A stretch of 64,000 nt of DNA from Ginglymostoma cirratum (lineage: Eukaryota), in assembly GCA_024137785.1 (NCBI GenBank), contig JAHRHZ010000079.1, forward strand, positions 11,650,896 to 11,714,895, read 5' to 3'. Below, piece by piece: positions 12,209-25,489 of this stretch. A program made the translations under genes and the position numbers. The stretch's first letter is position 1, and every line of letters begins with the position of its first letter. Under the pieces are notes generated by a model. That model was not told the origin of the DNA, did no database searches, and worked only from the letters and a program-made list of their open reading frames with translations.

Positions 12209-13149
12209 AACCTTGATCTAGCTCTGGCCAGCTCCCGGTTCTTCCTTGGGCTCTAGCCACCTCTCACCTCTCCTGGTGCTTAGCTGCCCTCTTGCCCTGC
12301 TCCTAAGGCAGACTGTTGGCCCAGCTCCACAAGCTCTCAGTCTATTAACCTTCATTTTCATTTGAAATCACCCTCCACTTTGTTCCATTGCAGATCTTGG
12401 ATAATGTGTAAAATCAAAAAGGTACGGTAGACCCTAAGTTAATGTGTGCATTGCAACTTTATTTATTTTCTCATGATTCGTGTTAAGTACTGTAAAGGTT
12501 TTAGTGAACAATGTGTAGTGCTGCTCAGTTCCTGCTGGTGGCACTGCTGATAACAACCACATATTATAGTTCGAAACTGCCACCTACAGGATTTGTAGAA
12601 ACTAAAACCCAAATTTTTTGTTCCTAAGCAGTGTGAAAGGCTACATAACAAAAATGAAGTTTCTGATGTTGCATTATTTATCTACGCTTAGTTTAACCTT
12701 AGTATTTTATTAATTTTATATCAAATAATTAGAATTTCAACAACTTTGGGTTTGAATTCCTGTATTTACTTTTCTCCTCAAAAAAAGCATTCTTTATGTC
12801 TCTGTCCTCCCAAATTGTTGTCTCATTTCCAATCTCTCTCTTTTCTCCATATTCTTTGGATATGTTTTATCTTCAAAACCCATGCCAATCCTTCCTAGAA
12901 CTCCATATTTGAATCAGATTCCTTTCTCATCTCTGGAACAGGAACAACGTGGCTGCTAACAAAGACTTATGTGACTAATTTCTAGTAAACCAGTCCTCCT
13001 CTTCCTTCTTCCCTCTGGCAGCGTTAACAGGCTGACCATACCATCCACTTCCATAACCTTGCAATTCTCTTTCTGCTGGGTGAGGCTGCTCATGTTTGGT
13101 TCCAATTTTAACCATCTAATTGGACCCCAAGAATCATCTGCAATGACTG

Positions 13150-14111
13150 CTCCCCTCCATTGCCTCTTTGGAAAAACCTACCTCTCCATTTGATCAATGC
13201 TTGACTGCCTCCAGATCTACTTGTTCCTCCAAAAAAACATGTATATGCCTGCTGACAAAATCAAACTCAATATCACCATTTTGCACCACACTCCACTGCT
13301 TCTAAATTGTTGGTTTGCTTCACCCAACATCTAGCCCTGGAAGAACTGCATACTTCCTCCATCTAAAAATTGAGAAATCTAAAGCCATTGTCTTCAGTCA
13401 TTTCCAGAAACTCTCTTCCCTAGCGACTGCCTCCATCCTTCTCCATGGCAGTTCAGTTTAAAGCTGATCTCGACTACTTACAAGCTTGGTGTTGCATTTG
13501 GCCTCAAAGAAAATTTCCACAGCATCACTTTGACCATGTACTGTCACCTGACTTTGCCTCTGTTTCAGCTTATCTACTGCTGAAGACGTCATCCACACCT
13601 TCACCTCAACATGGCCTTGGGTGGTTTTCCATCTTCCATCCTCTGTTAACTTCAAGTTTGTCCAAAACCCTTTTGTCATTTTCCTAATTCACATCAAGCC
13701 TGGTTCACCCCTGTGCTCACTAACCCACATTTGATCCTGTTCAGCAACATTTTGATTTTAAAGTTCTCATCTTTGCTTACAAACTTTCATCTAATCTCTT
13801 CCCTATTTCTGCATTTTCCTCCAGCCCACAATCCGCTTAAATGTCTGTGTTTAGCCAGTTATGGCCTATTGAACATCCCTGAATTTAATTGCTTCACTAT
13901 TGCCAGTTTACTGGGCCCCAAGTTCTGGAATTCTATCCCTAAAATCTGCTGAATCATTTTCCTCCTTTTACGATAATTCTGAAAATCTATCTCTTTGATT
14001 AAACTTATACTCAGCTGCCCTAATATTCTGCTTAGTGTCATATTTTAGCTTACAAAGGCCCTGTGGGACACCGTAGACAATTTAATTACATCAAAGGTAT
14101 ATAAATTGTTG
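13150..14111 (+). mobile_element. Degenerate L2 LINE, RT C-terminus to 3' end
   Basis: Relics of KSKAIVF, LGVAF, FKVLIFAYK and WNS.P motifs; ends tacatcaaaggtatataaattgttg. Confidence 0.7.
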
Positions 14112-15149
14112 AACATTCATAACAAGTGGTTATCTATGATATGACAAAGCTGATGCTTATTCCTGGGGTCCCTGATTTATGAATGTTACAGGGGTCCAAT
14201 TTTAAAGACCCAGCATATGAACGTTTCCTGTACTGACAAATGACTCCTTTACATTGACCTGCATTGTGTTCTGACATGCACACAAATCGACTTAAGAACG
14301 GACTCCAGAGTGGAATGTATCCACAACCCAGGGACTGCATGTATTTGCAAAGTCAATTTTTCTTGTATTTGGACATCTGAGACTCCCGTAAGCTCAGATG
14401 ATCCAGTCCAGGCCCCTTATCTAGTACATTATCAATGTCGAATGGAGACTTGGTGCCCTTCTCCTCTATCAGTCAGTATACTTGGCAACACTCATTTCGT
14501 GAAACTGACCAACTGGATGTAGTTTTTAGTCTATGTTATCAATACCTGCATTCTATAGGTTTCCCAATGTCCATTTCCAATCAGGTGGAGAGACAGGTTT
14601 TGTTTAATGTTGAGCTAGTTTGGGGAAAAAAAAAGGATGATGTAAATCTACTACCACTTCAAACATAACCTAAATAAGACAATTGAGACATTTTAATACC
14701 TAATTAAGTACAATGCCGGAACATTATTGTGGCCTTTGAAATAGTTGAGTGGGTGAAGTGTCCATTTGTGGTTCTCTATGTTTGTATAATTCTACTCTAG
14801 TCATAAATTTGAGAGACGGATTTCAAGCACTAAACTCCCTCTGCTTAAGTGAATGATGAAATGGCATTCTTTGTAATAAATCCTGCTGCAGCCAATACTG
14901 GAGATTCCACTACACTGCTACCACTTCTGGGATGCACTGCTTATACAGTTTAAGCAAGTTTGATGTGTGAGGATCCCCCTTGTTAACACCTCTACAAAGA
15001 AACACATCTGTGTTTGAATCAGTTTGAAAATGTCAGCCTGCCCTATTTAAGTCACAGATAGGCTTTAGCTTACTGAGAAATTCCAAGAGAAGTGAAATTG
15101 ATTCATCCTTGATGTCTCATCCTTGGGATTACAGCTTATACGGTTGGTA

Positions 15150-15680
15150 ACCATTCTCGACGCTATACACTGTTGCATTTAAGCAGGTTTACTGATGGAT
15201 GCCCCTGCATCTGTCATTATTGGGAGCTGTCCTTCGATTTGAGGTTGACACCTTGTAAGTGTTGCATGTTTCTACCACAGGTCTTCATGAGAACGAGCAG
15301 GCCAAGTTTCTATACAGATTTTTGGCCACCTGGGGCACGATGTCCTCTGAGCTGGTGAGTTCCGGAGAACAGGATGTGCTTCCTTTTATTCTTTGATGCC
15401 ACTCCACTTCATCATTGAAGTATTTAGACTTGAAATATGTTGCAGCTTGATGGACAGGTTGTCATCATTTGAACAGTTAGTAGCATGCTCCTCCCAGTCA
15501 TTAACATCAATGCTGTCATGCTTAAGGAAACTTTCGCAACTTTATCACACTTTCTTTGTCCTCCCTCGGAATGTGGCTGTTTGAAAACTGAGCAAACAGC
15601 ACTTGGGAGGGAATATAATTTTCAGCCATTCACACACAGTGCTTCTCTATTCATTGTAGTAGTTTTTCCTAAATGCTTGT
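15150..15680 (-). mobile_element. RTE LINE 3' part, continued at 16795-16998
   Basis: Minus strand shows GGQRK...DVNDWEE-type ORF2 C-terminal relics. Confidence 0.6.
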
Positions 15681-15704
15681 AAATGTGACTTCAAGAAGGA
15701 CACT

Positions 15705-16790
15705 ATATAAGGACTGCGTTGTTTTATTTTGTGTTTTTAAAAACAAGGGGATGAAATGAGAAAGAGAGCTGTGTTAAGAACCAGTGTTTGAAAGGCTGCC
15801 AATGATTTGAAAGCAAGTAATCTAACATCTATTGCAGGCATTGTGTAAATAACTGTTTGAACAAGCTGTCATTGAAGTTTTAGTTACAGATGATTTGGAG
15901 CTAAGGGGATGTACAGAAGCGGTCTTTATTGGCAAAAGGAAGTTGTTTGGTCTGTGGACTAATGACTAGTTATGACAGAGATCTTTTGCCTGGCAAAAAC
16001 AATGTGATTGCTTCTTAGGTAACTAGATAGTTTGGAGATGGGAACAAGCTAGAGGGAAAGAGAAGTGTTCAATTCTTCCCCAGCCAAGGAGTCATTTCTG
16101 TTCGTTTTGCAGTCAAAACTCACTGCCAAGGTTAAAAAAACAAATTTATCTCCCTTGCAACAATTGTTGTAAGCTGTGACTTTTAATTGATGAATGAGAG
16201 ACTTTTATCTTATATAACGGAACTGGCCACATGGTGTCTCTTACCAACTCATGGAAGCTCCAAAGATGACTGAAGTAAAATACTGGCCAGCAGGAAAGTC
16301 AGTTGAATCATTTGAACAACAGAGCCTGGGAACAAAGACGATTGAACTGTCTTTCCACATATTTTCCTCTCTGCGCATAATCTATTTTCCCTGTGTGTCT
16401 GTCTGCATGTGTAAAGGGGTATGTATGAGAGTGTTGGGTTCTAATTAGTACCATTACATGCAGATGCTTTACAACTGCTTACCTATAGCTCGAGTTTACT
16501 TATCATAAATAGTAATTCTTGTTCAGTACATGATCAATGTGATCATATCAGACATAACAACCTGCTACATCTAAGCATAGTGTTAAGTGGAGGAAAAGAA
16601 ATAACAAGGATTTTCTTGGTCATTCCCTTAGTCAATAGAAAAACCTGGTCCATGATTTCTATCAACCTTGTCTGAAAGCCACGTAGTTTGGGGAACTTTG
16701 TGTACTTTGTAAAACCTTGTACTTTTGTGATGCTTCGGCAATAATGGGTCATGATTTCTAGCACGTATGCTTTGATAAGTAATAATTCAC
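15705..16790 (+). mobile_element. Solo LTR-like element inserted into the RTE LINE
   Basis: Separates two collinear RTE fragments; 3' part has ataaa-taattcttgtt...aaacctgg organisation resembling the reverse complement of ~1075-1125. Ends approximate. Confidence 0.45.
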
Positions 16791-16794
16791 CTTT

Positions 16795-16998
16795 GTCCAA
16801 TAGCCCTCCCTGTGAATCCAGGGGTGCAGCAGAGGCTTTGCTGATAGAATTTCTCCAGGCCACTTATGTGTCATTGAAACTCAGTCCAGGTTTTACTGCG
16901 ATACAAGAGTGTGGTGATGGCAACTGCTCTCTGCACTAGCATAGCTATGACTTACTTGTTGTCAAATATTCATTGCTGTAGTTTCTAGCAGGCTGAAC
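16795..16998 (-). mobile_element. RTE LINE fragment, upstream part of the 15150-15680 copy
   Basis: Reverse complement resembles 42405-42540 of the large RTE copy. Confidence 0.55.
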
Positions 16999-16999
16999 A

Positions 17000-17790
17000 G
17001 TGACAGATCTCTGGGAATATCCATCAGTCGTAGAAGAGATGAGACAAGAAGAACAATTACCCACTCCTGCCTTAACACTTAGCCTTATTTTAAACAAATT
17101 CTTTACAAGAGAAAGGCAAATCTCCATGGGAAATTGTGTGATACCGTGGACAAATATGTTGATTTATTAAATGAAATTTTGCAGATCCTGCTAACAAACA
17201 CTGTTAGACTTTAATACAATCAAATCTCTGGTGGAGTCCTTCTCAATGTACTCATGCAAATGAAGGAATCATGAAGCAGTAGTAAGAATCGCAAATTATG
17301 TTATGCAACAAACCTATGTCAAAATTGTGAAAATAAATATCAAGTTTAATAAGAACTGACAATATTTTATGGAATATTATGATAATAAGTCAAGTAAAGT
17401 GCTTACCAGGCAATCTTACAAAGTGGACTTCATGTAAATTAGCTTTTGTGATAAGAGGAACATTCCAAAGAAATTCAACTTGAAACCCATAAATCAAGTT
17501 TCTGAGGAGTTCTTAATTTAATTGCATAAATTTAAATGTCCATCAAGTTTCCTGAACTTGAATAGATAAAATATTAAACAATAGTATTAGGAAGAATGTG
17601 CAGAATCAAGGCAGAATGTAGGAGAGGTGATATTCTCACTTTTAAAATTGGAAGCGCATTTTTATGAGGAAGTTTAATTTGCAAATTTAGAAGAAACTTT
17701 AAATTTAGAAAAATTTACAAAATGTAGTCAAACATTCAAAAGACAGACGGAGATGCAAGTCATTGTTGCCTCATCTATCCAAAGTAAGCT
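17000..17790 (+). pseudogene. Putative fossil hAT transposase, C-terminal dimerisation-domain region
   Basis: Coding-like A-rich stretch with stops and frameshifts; KFPELE (17545-17562), EVIFSLLK (17624-17647) and NLEETLNL (17684-17707) follow the hAT FP-x-L...ER-x-FS...NLE order. Confidence 0.4.
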
Positions 17791-17879
17791 TTGCTTTCTT
17801 AACTTACTTAACAGAAGTTCAAAGCTATTATGAATGTAAGTTTATTTATTTACAATCCTATTACTTCCAGATGGATACA

Positions 17880-18545
17880 GAACTTTAGTTAGGCCACACT
17901 TGGGATATTGCATACAGCCCTGGTTACCATCCTACTAGAAGCATGTAGAGATAGTAGCAACTGTCAATGCTGGAGTCTGAGATAACAAGGAACACAGCGG
18001 GCCAGGCAGCATCAGAGGAGCAGGAAAGCTGATGTTTCGGGTCTGGACTCTTCGTAGGTGCTTCAGTGAGGGTACAGAAAAGATTTACCAGGATGTTGCC
18101 TGGTATGGGGGATCTTAGCCATGAAGAAAGGTTGGATAGACTGAGTTGGTTTTCATTGGAACACAGGAGATTAAAGGGTGACCTGATAGAAGTTTATAAA
18201 ATTGCGAACGTTATAGATAGAGTGGAAAGTATGAGGCTGGAGGAGTCAATTACTGGGGGACACAGGTTCAAGGTGCAGGGTTGGAGGGAATTAGTTTAAA
18301 AGAGATGTGCAAGGCAAGTTTTTTACACAAAGGGTGGTGAGTGCCTGGAGCGCGTTGCCATAGGAGGTGGTGGAAGCAGACACAATAGCAGCATTCACGA
18401 AGCCCTTGAACGAATACATGAAGAGGAAGGGAATGGAGGAAATGAATCCTGTAAGTGAAGACAGTTTGAGAATGGAAGGGCAAAATGTGTTGCACAGGCT
18501 TGGAGGGCCGAAGGACCTGTTCCTGTGCTGTATTGTTCTTTGTTC
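17880..18545 (+). mobile_element. CR1 LINE 3' fragment, interrupted by a PLE piece
   Basis: ORFs 18066-18299 (RVQKRFTRMLPGM...FSLEHRRLKGDLIEVYKI) and 18367 onward (VEADTIAAF...). Confidence 0.92.
17947..18053 (-). mobile_element. PLE terminal fragment nested in CR1
   Basis: Reverse complement of the 61410-61532 terminus with an internal deletion. Confidence 0.8.
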
Positions 18546-19204
18546 ACTAGATAATAATATGAGAATGGTAGGCTTTCAGATGCCTAGCTACATGATACTT
18601 TATCAACCTATTTTTGATGCAACTCTCTTGCATTCACTAAATTCCTTGTATTCAACACTAACGCTCATCGATATGTTTCTTTTGGAACTAATACCATCCA
18701 TTTATTATGATTTCTGTTATTACTGCCCTTTTAACTTGCCCTAAATCTCCGTATTATTGATAACACATTAGCCAGTTTTAAGTAGACTTCTCTTGTGAAG
18801 CATCAAGTAATTCAGCTTCTTTTATGTTTGTCCATGATCTCATCCTTGTCAGCATCTCCTTGAAATTTTTTCACTGACAGTCCTCTTGTTATAAAAGTGG
18901 CAGAACTTCTTTTAATGTTGGATGTTTCCACCTATCCCCATTGTTCCTATCCTCATGTTTGTCTCCTCAACAACTCTAAAATGTTTTACTAAGATAATTT
19001 TACTTATCCTAATCTCCCTCATCTTCCTCTTTTTTCCCCCTTGTATTCACTTCAAATTGTTCCCTTGATCTAATTATAATTGTGTTGAGTCTGAATGTAT
19101 TAATCCCATTTACTCTGCCTAGTTAGCAGTTTGCCTTCAAAGGTGTTAGTCCTCCGGTGCTCTGAAATGACCTGCCCCAGTCAGTTAGCTTTATGTACTT
19201 TCCT

Positions 19205-19345
19205 GCACTGAGAAGAGATCATTTAGCTGAAATTTCCAACTTCTATTTCACTCTCTGCAGACAGTGCCTACTTGCTTGGTATTTCCTGCATCTTCTATTT
19301 TTAATTTAATTTCAGATTTCAAACATATCCACTATTTTCCTCTTA
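19205..19345 (+). mobile_element. Old degenerate PLE terminus
   Basis: Collinear but diverged relative to 63325-63462. Confidence 0.5.
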
Positions 19346-19483
19346 GTTTCAGAGTAGTCTTTAATTTCAGTCGATCTGTTTACTTTGTTGTATTCCAGAT
19401 CACATTGACTTGATCAAAGTAAAACTCAGTTATTGTCAGCCAACTATTGGTTATTGTACAAAATGATTATCACTGACAACGTA

Positions 19484-19693
19484 CAGGTAATTTTGCTAAA
19501 ACGCGTGTTTCGTTAATCCGAATTGGCTGTAACGTGATTGAATAGTGGACGCTGTTTGGATAATGTGAACTTTCTACAGTACAGTATAGCGATTTTCTGT
19601 AGCAATTTCCCTATAATGCGATTTTCTGTGGCAATTTTCTATAGTACGAGGCTGCAGAAGAACGAAACTATCACGTTATAGGAGAACTACCTG
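19484..19693. mobile_element. Tc1/mariner (Tigger-type) MITE, 210 bp
   Basis: TIRs caggtaattttgctaaaacgcg and (rc) caggtagttctcctataacgtg; TA on both sides (19482-19483, 19694-19695); internal gcgattttctgt repeats. Confidence 0.85.
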
Positions 19694-22267
19694 TATGCCA
19701 ACAATTTCTTCAACATGATATCAAGGTCAAGGTTTTGCTGTGATGTATTCTTCAATTCAGAACTTAAGTGTAGTTTGTAATTTACCCTTTGATGCTTTTT
19801 CATTTGACTAACAAATAAACTATAAACTATTCATTGAACCCTGAATATCACATGATTTCCCTACTTTTACTTTCCTGGCATGAGAGTAGTGAGTGATATA
19901 TCACCAGCTCCCCAGTTCTGTTTCTTGTTTGATGTAAAGAAAGGATATTGTATGAAGTAGTTTTTGTTCATCATGGTATTCTTCCTCGTGATCATTTACT
20001 TTACAAACAGTTCAGCATAAACATGAAACGTTCTGATCTTATTTGTGTCACAATTTAACTCTAGAGACTAATATGGTTTTTGGTTATTTTTGTAAAAAGA
20101 ACAAATGTATAACAAATGTGATTGGAAGTCCAGAAACAGCTCCCGACAGACTTGGCTTACTTTATTCACAATGTATAGTCTGATGTTTACTGCATCTAAT
20201 TCATATTAAACTGTTCTCTTTCTAAAGTCACCATTGAGCATCTATTTAATCATTCATTCTGTCTTAATATTTCTTCTAGCCAAACCATTGCCCTGCACAA
20301 ATATTTCCATGATAATATGATCAAAAAAAATGATAACATGAAAGTCTATTGGGCTGTCTCTTGGGCATAATACAAGGCAACAATAAATAAAAAATGGTGC
20401 ATACATATTAAGACTTCGCAAAATCAACGACAAGTTTCTGAGACATTAAAATCATTGTTATGGAAATTGAGAAACCTGAAGAATAATCTAGTGGTGCCAT
20501 TTAAAACTTGTACTAGCAGCAAGACAATAAGAAAAATAAAGTATTCTGTATGCTGTATCAGTAGAGTCATTATTATGACAGCATCAAGCTCTGCCACATT
20601 TTTAATTGTTCAGTGTAAACCATGTGACCCATTGGTTCAAAGACAGAATGGAAGCATTTTTTCAGATATTCCTATTTTGCAATAACTACCATGGCCAAGG
20701 TAATCAGGCAGGAATTCAATTGCAATTTTTCAATTTTTTTTGCTTTAAAACACATTAATTCATGTGTTTAAGAGCAATAGCTTGGTTGATGCAATTTAGT
20801 TTGTAAAATATGACAAAAATACTCATTTAATTAGTGCCTAGTTCACCTTTGAGTAACTTGATTTTAACTGAAAATTGCTTTGGAAACTTTTGGTAGTATT
20901 TACTGTTGTTTTTGTTGAATGTAGTAATCAGTTTGTAAGTAAATAAATTATGTTGAAAAGATTTGAAAACAGGTATGTTAATATCCTTGAACGCTAAAGA
21001 GCAAACTTAATTTTAATATCCTTTCCTAAGGCCTGCAAGTGAGTACAAAAAATTCAACATGAGGGTACAGATTGGTTTCTAGGATATTGTTTTCATGGCA
21101 GAATTGGTTTCCAGCATGATGTTTTTAAATTGGCACAAAAATGTCACAGAAACTCAATTTTCACTGAAAGCAATTTTGTTTAAAATTCCTCAGTCCTTTG
21201 AGCTGATTTCTGGTGAATTTCACTAAAGAAACCAGCATAACTCCAGTATAAGCTGCAGGGCACCATCAGGAAAGTGATAGAGTCCTTAAAACTTTATACA
21301 CAAAGAGGAATATATAAGTACAAAACTATATAAATATAAAATGATGCTATGCATGATAATTACAGATTTACCAGCCCATGATCCTATTAATAAGATTAGG
21401 TAAGGACAAACAAGTCTTCTTAGTGTATTCATGTCAAGGAAAGTAAGACCGTCCAAAGTTCTACTGCAGCGTGGTAGTATGGTTTCATTTTCCCAGCGTG
21501 TTCAACTCTGCCCACACTGTGGTCTTTAGGTCAGTGAAGTGCAGCTCTGTGACACCATCGCAAGGTTGCTCTACAGTCCTCAAGCCCTTACACAACAGGA
21601 GCAATGAAGATATATCTTGGTAATATTGATACTTCTTCTTCAGTTTACTGTCTGAAGGCAGATCCTTAGTGATTGTTCACTAAATCACAGAAAATTCTGG
21701 AATTTCTACTCTGGTTGGGGCAAAGAGGCCATCTCTTCTGCCAGAGCAGGGTTCCAACCCTATGTTGCTAGCGCAAATCTGATCTATTCACTAAGCATCT
21801 AGCCAACAGAGCAAACTGGATATTGGTGGATATAACATGTGAACTAATATTTAACTATTTCTGAGACTTACTTAACCTGCAAATCTTACTGGGCTCAACC
21901 AGCTCTATTTTGATTAGTCACGTTATAATCTGATGCTCTATGTTCACCCAAAATATTTATAATTATGTTATCACTTATAACCTTTCTTTAACTGACTTCC
22001 TTTCTAATGAAAGTTGGTTGTCATTTACCCTTTCTTCTCATGGTAGATTTTATTCTACATTTTAAAGCATCCACTATGGCAAGTTATCCTTTGGTTGAGT
22101 TTCTAAAGCTCGCAATCTGACCGTTTCTCCATGGTTCAGGTTTGAAAATGTCTCTAATAACTGCATCAAAACACCTTACAAGTACTTCCTTTGGTAGTAC
22201 AAATAAAATTGCACCTCCATCAGTCCCGTAGGAAAGTGAAGTTGTATGGGCGAAAAGATGTTGTCTC

Positions 22268-22523
22268 CTTTATTCATTCACAGGCTGAGGGCATCACTGG
22301 CTCGGCCAGCATTTATTGCCCATCCATCATTGCTGTGTGTCTGGAGTCACATATAGGCCAGACCAGGTAAGGATGGCAGTTTCCTTCCCTAAAGGACATT
22401 TGTGAGCCAGTTGGGGTTTTCCAACAATCAGCAATGGATTCACGGTCACCATTAAACTCTTAATCCCAGATATTTATTGAATTCAAATTCCACCATCTGC
22501 TGTGGCAGGATTTGAACCCAAGG
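22268..22523 (-). mobile_element. tRNA-derived SINE, same family as 6787-7125
   Basis: Clear reverse-complement homology; followed by a short PLE-type tail at 22524-22561. Confidence 0.85.
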
Positions 22524-23339
22524 TTTCAGATTTCCAGTATCCACTGTTCTTTGTTTTATTTCAGTATTTTCAATCTTGTGTTTCTTATAGTTGTAAATCT
22601 CTGCTGAAATGACTGGGTATGTAGGAGGATACACACTGCAATTTCCTGTTTAACTGGTACACTTGGTCTCAACTCTCTCACTCAATCAGCCTTTTACTTT
22701 CTATGAATTCCCTGTCTCCACTTGGGATCCCTTAACTCTGCCTCCCTCAACACTCTCTCCCTTAACTCTCTCTGTCTTATTTCTCCAGTCCTGATACATA
22801 CACAGAAATTGTTAACAAAGTTTGGAGTTTCCAGCTTCTAAGGGCAATTAAATGTTCCAACTCAAAATCCCAGGAATTTAGAGAGCAAGGCGAGCCCATG
22901 TTGGGGATACAGCTTCAAAAGTTCAAATTTAGTCTTTCATAAAAATCTTTTTGAGTTGTACTTGGTCTCAAATGTTTAACATCTATATACATTGGCTCCC
23001 AATACCCAATATCACCTAGTGTGATAAGGTATGATAAGGCATGGACAGGGTAAACAGGAATCTGATCAAATTGTAAGTTTGTAATCTGCTGCACAGGACC
23101 ATTATCCGGATCTGCGAAAAGGAGAAAACGGCTTGAGGTTATAAATTTTTGTCCAACACCCAAAAGGTAGATGTGAATGTATAATGCAGTTCTCCCTACT
23201 GGTGCTCTGTCACACATGTCAGTTTACTATTGCAAACAATGGTTTCTGCAGATTTTGAATAAACTTAATGAGGCTCCTGCCCTCACTAAAAGATAACCAG
23301 ATTTTCCTCCTCTGCATAAAAGAAACAGGGGTAAAGAAG

Positions 23340-24220
23340 GAAAGGTCCTCAGCCATGCCTCATCCATTTCCCCCACTTCTACTCTCACACCTTCCCTTCC
23401 ATTCCCTCTCAAAATAATGACAGGTACCCCCGGTCCTCACTTGCCAGCCCACTAGCCTCCACATCCAAAGGACCATAAGCCACTAATTCCACTACCTTCA
23501 ACGGGATGCCACTGCCAGCCACTCATTAACCTCCCCTCCTTTGTCAGTATTCCACAGAGATCGTTCCCACTGAGACATCCTGGTGCTCTCCCCTGGTGAC
23601 TGCTTTGAGGAAAAGCTCTGCTCCGTCAATAAAAATGACTTTGAGTTTCCCTAGTTGCCTGCCACTTCAATACACCTGTGCTCCCATGCCCAAGTTTCTG
23701 CGTCAGGCCTGCTGCAGTTCTCCAGCAAAACCCAAGGAATAGGGTTTCTATTCCTAGCTTGAGGAATAAGACTTCACCTTCTGCCTGAGTATCTTCCAGC
23801 TGTCAAGAATTTCAGAATGTGAAAGCATTCCTTCATGTTTCAGTACCCTCCCCCACAGTCACAGCTCCTTTTCTGGACAGGATGCTCCCAGCACAGTCAA
23901 CTCATGTGCAACTGTTTACAATTCTCATTGGAAGCTTTCAGCATTTATCTTTCCCCGAGTTTATCAACAGCAATCCCTTTGTCACTCTCACTGTCTGGGT
24001 ACGGTGTCCATCTATTCAACTCACTCCTTCCCCAGTTCTCAATCCCATCCCCACCATCAGCATAAATACCACCTATTTCCAGCTGCTTTCAATTCTGATG
24101 AAGGGTCACTGGACTCGAAACGTTAACTCTATTTCTCTCTCTCTCGATGCCGCCAGACCTGCTGAGCTCCTCCAGCACTTTCAATTTTTCTTAGCTCTCC
24201 AGCATCAGCAGTTCTTTGTT
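23340..24220 (+). mobile_element. Degenerate, internally deleted PLE (RT/GIY-YIG relics plus terminal repeat)
   Basis: 23593-23800 is homologous to the GIY-YIG segment on the minus strand at 60970-61180 (GDCF.E.LCSV...VA.HFN); ends in a PLE terminus. Confidence 0.8.
24091..24128 (+). ncRNA. Minimal hammerhead ribozyme motif, intact core
   Basis: CTGATGA (24095-24101), stem II gggtc/gactc around actg, GAAAC-GTT (24117-24124), short stem I. Confidence 0.65.
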
Positions 24221-24787
24221 TTAGAAAATGTTCTGTGTTGCTTTTGAACACCGTTTCATATTATGACCCCCATTTGTTGCTTGAGAGGTGCTAAGACCCC
24301 AGGCCTGTGAGACAGTGGGAATAGGAGGAGAGTTGTGAGAGGGGAGAGCTGATCAATCAACAGGATTTTGAAAGAAAGTACTTTTTTAGCCTCTTTTGGA
24401 TAGTATTCACTCCTACATGATCAAGCAGTTAGGCCTACTCACTATTGAAAAAATCTGCAAGATTTAGAGGGGCCTTATAGCTCTTAGCACTTGGTCGGAG
24501 CTCCACAGCAGGCATGGCTGGTATTGGAGCATATGACCCCAGGGCAACCCCGAAATAGGCCATGGAGAAAACTTGCAGTTGTCTACTTGCAGCAAGTTTT
24601 TATTTTGTACCCTCATAGCTAGGTTCAGCAGGAGCTATCCTAACTAAAAGTCCAAAAGCTATGCATTCAAACACCATACCAGGACATCAGTGTGTAATCT
24701 GGGCAGACATTACAATGAGTGGGAGGGGGAAGAGGAGAAGGGAGCCACCCAGTGGCCACAACGGAATGATTGTGGGAAAGAGTCGGT

Positions 24788-24873
24788 ACAGTGTAGAGCT
24801 GGAGGAACACAGCAGGTTGGGCAGCATCAGAGGAGCAGGAAAGTTGACGTTTGGGTTGAGACCCTTCATCAGG
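24788..24873 (-). mobile_element. PLE terminal fragment with degenerate hammerhead
   Basis: Reverse complement of the family at 1-147; the G of the GAAA box is missing. Confidence 0.8.
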
Positions 24874-25489
24874 ACACAATTGGGAAAGATTTTGGAAGAG
24901 CCCTCTTCATTAAAAGGGTCCACGTTAAAATGTTAAAAATTGATTCCGATTAAGGGAGCTCTCCGAGGTCAGCTCAACACACTCCCCAGTATTAACCCTT
25001 TCAGAACCATTACTTTATACAAGATCAATGGCTGTGTTTGGAAACCGCTAAACCCCCATATGCCACCCTAGAAATTAAAGTACTAGGTTATGACTGGCTC
25101 ACTGTTAAGATGGTGGGTTTCTGGTCGATATTTTTCAGGAACCATGTCACTCGGTAGGCAATCTATAAAGAGCAAAGACTGCAGCAGTCATGAACTGGAA
25201 GGGTTTTCTACAGTTTGATTGGAATGAGTCTCTGGGTGAAAATAAACAAAAAAATGAGAGTTTCTCCTTTATTTGGGAAAAAAATGAAAATAAAAGGAAC
25301 AACTGAAATTTGTGTTTATAAGATTGTAATTGAAAGTAAGTAAAAATAACCATGGATGGATATCAGAAAATTGTTTTACTTGAAATGGATTCAAAATGAT
25401 GTTCAAAATAGACATCCATGTATATGGCAACAATTTCATATCATTGGGTTAGCTCCACTTGTGCAACTTGAGTATAATGTTGGATTTAA

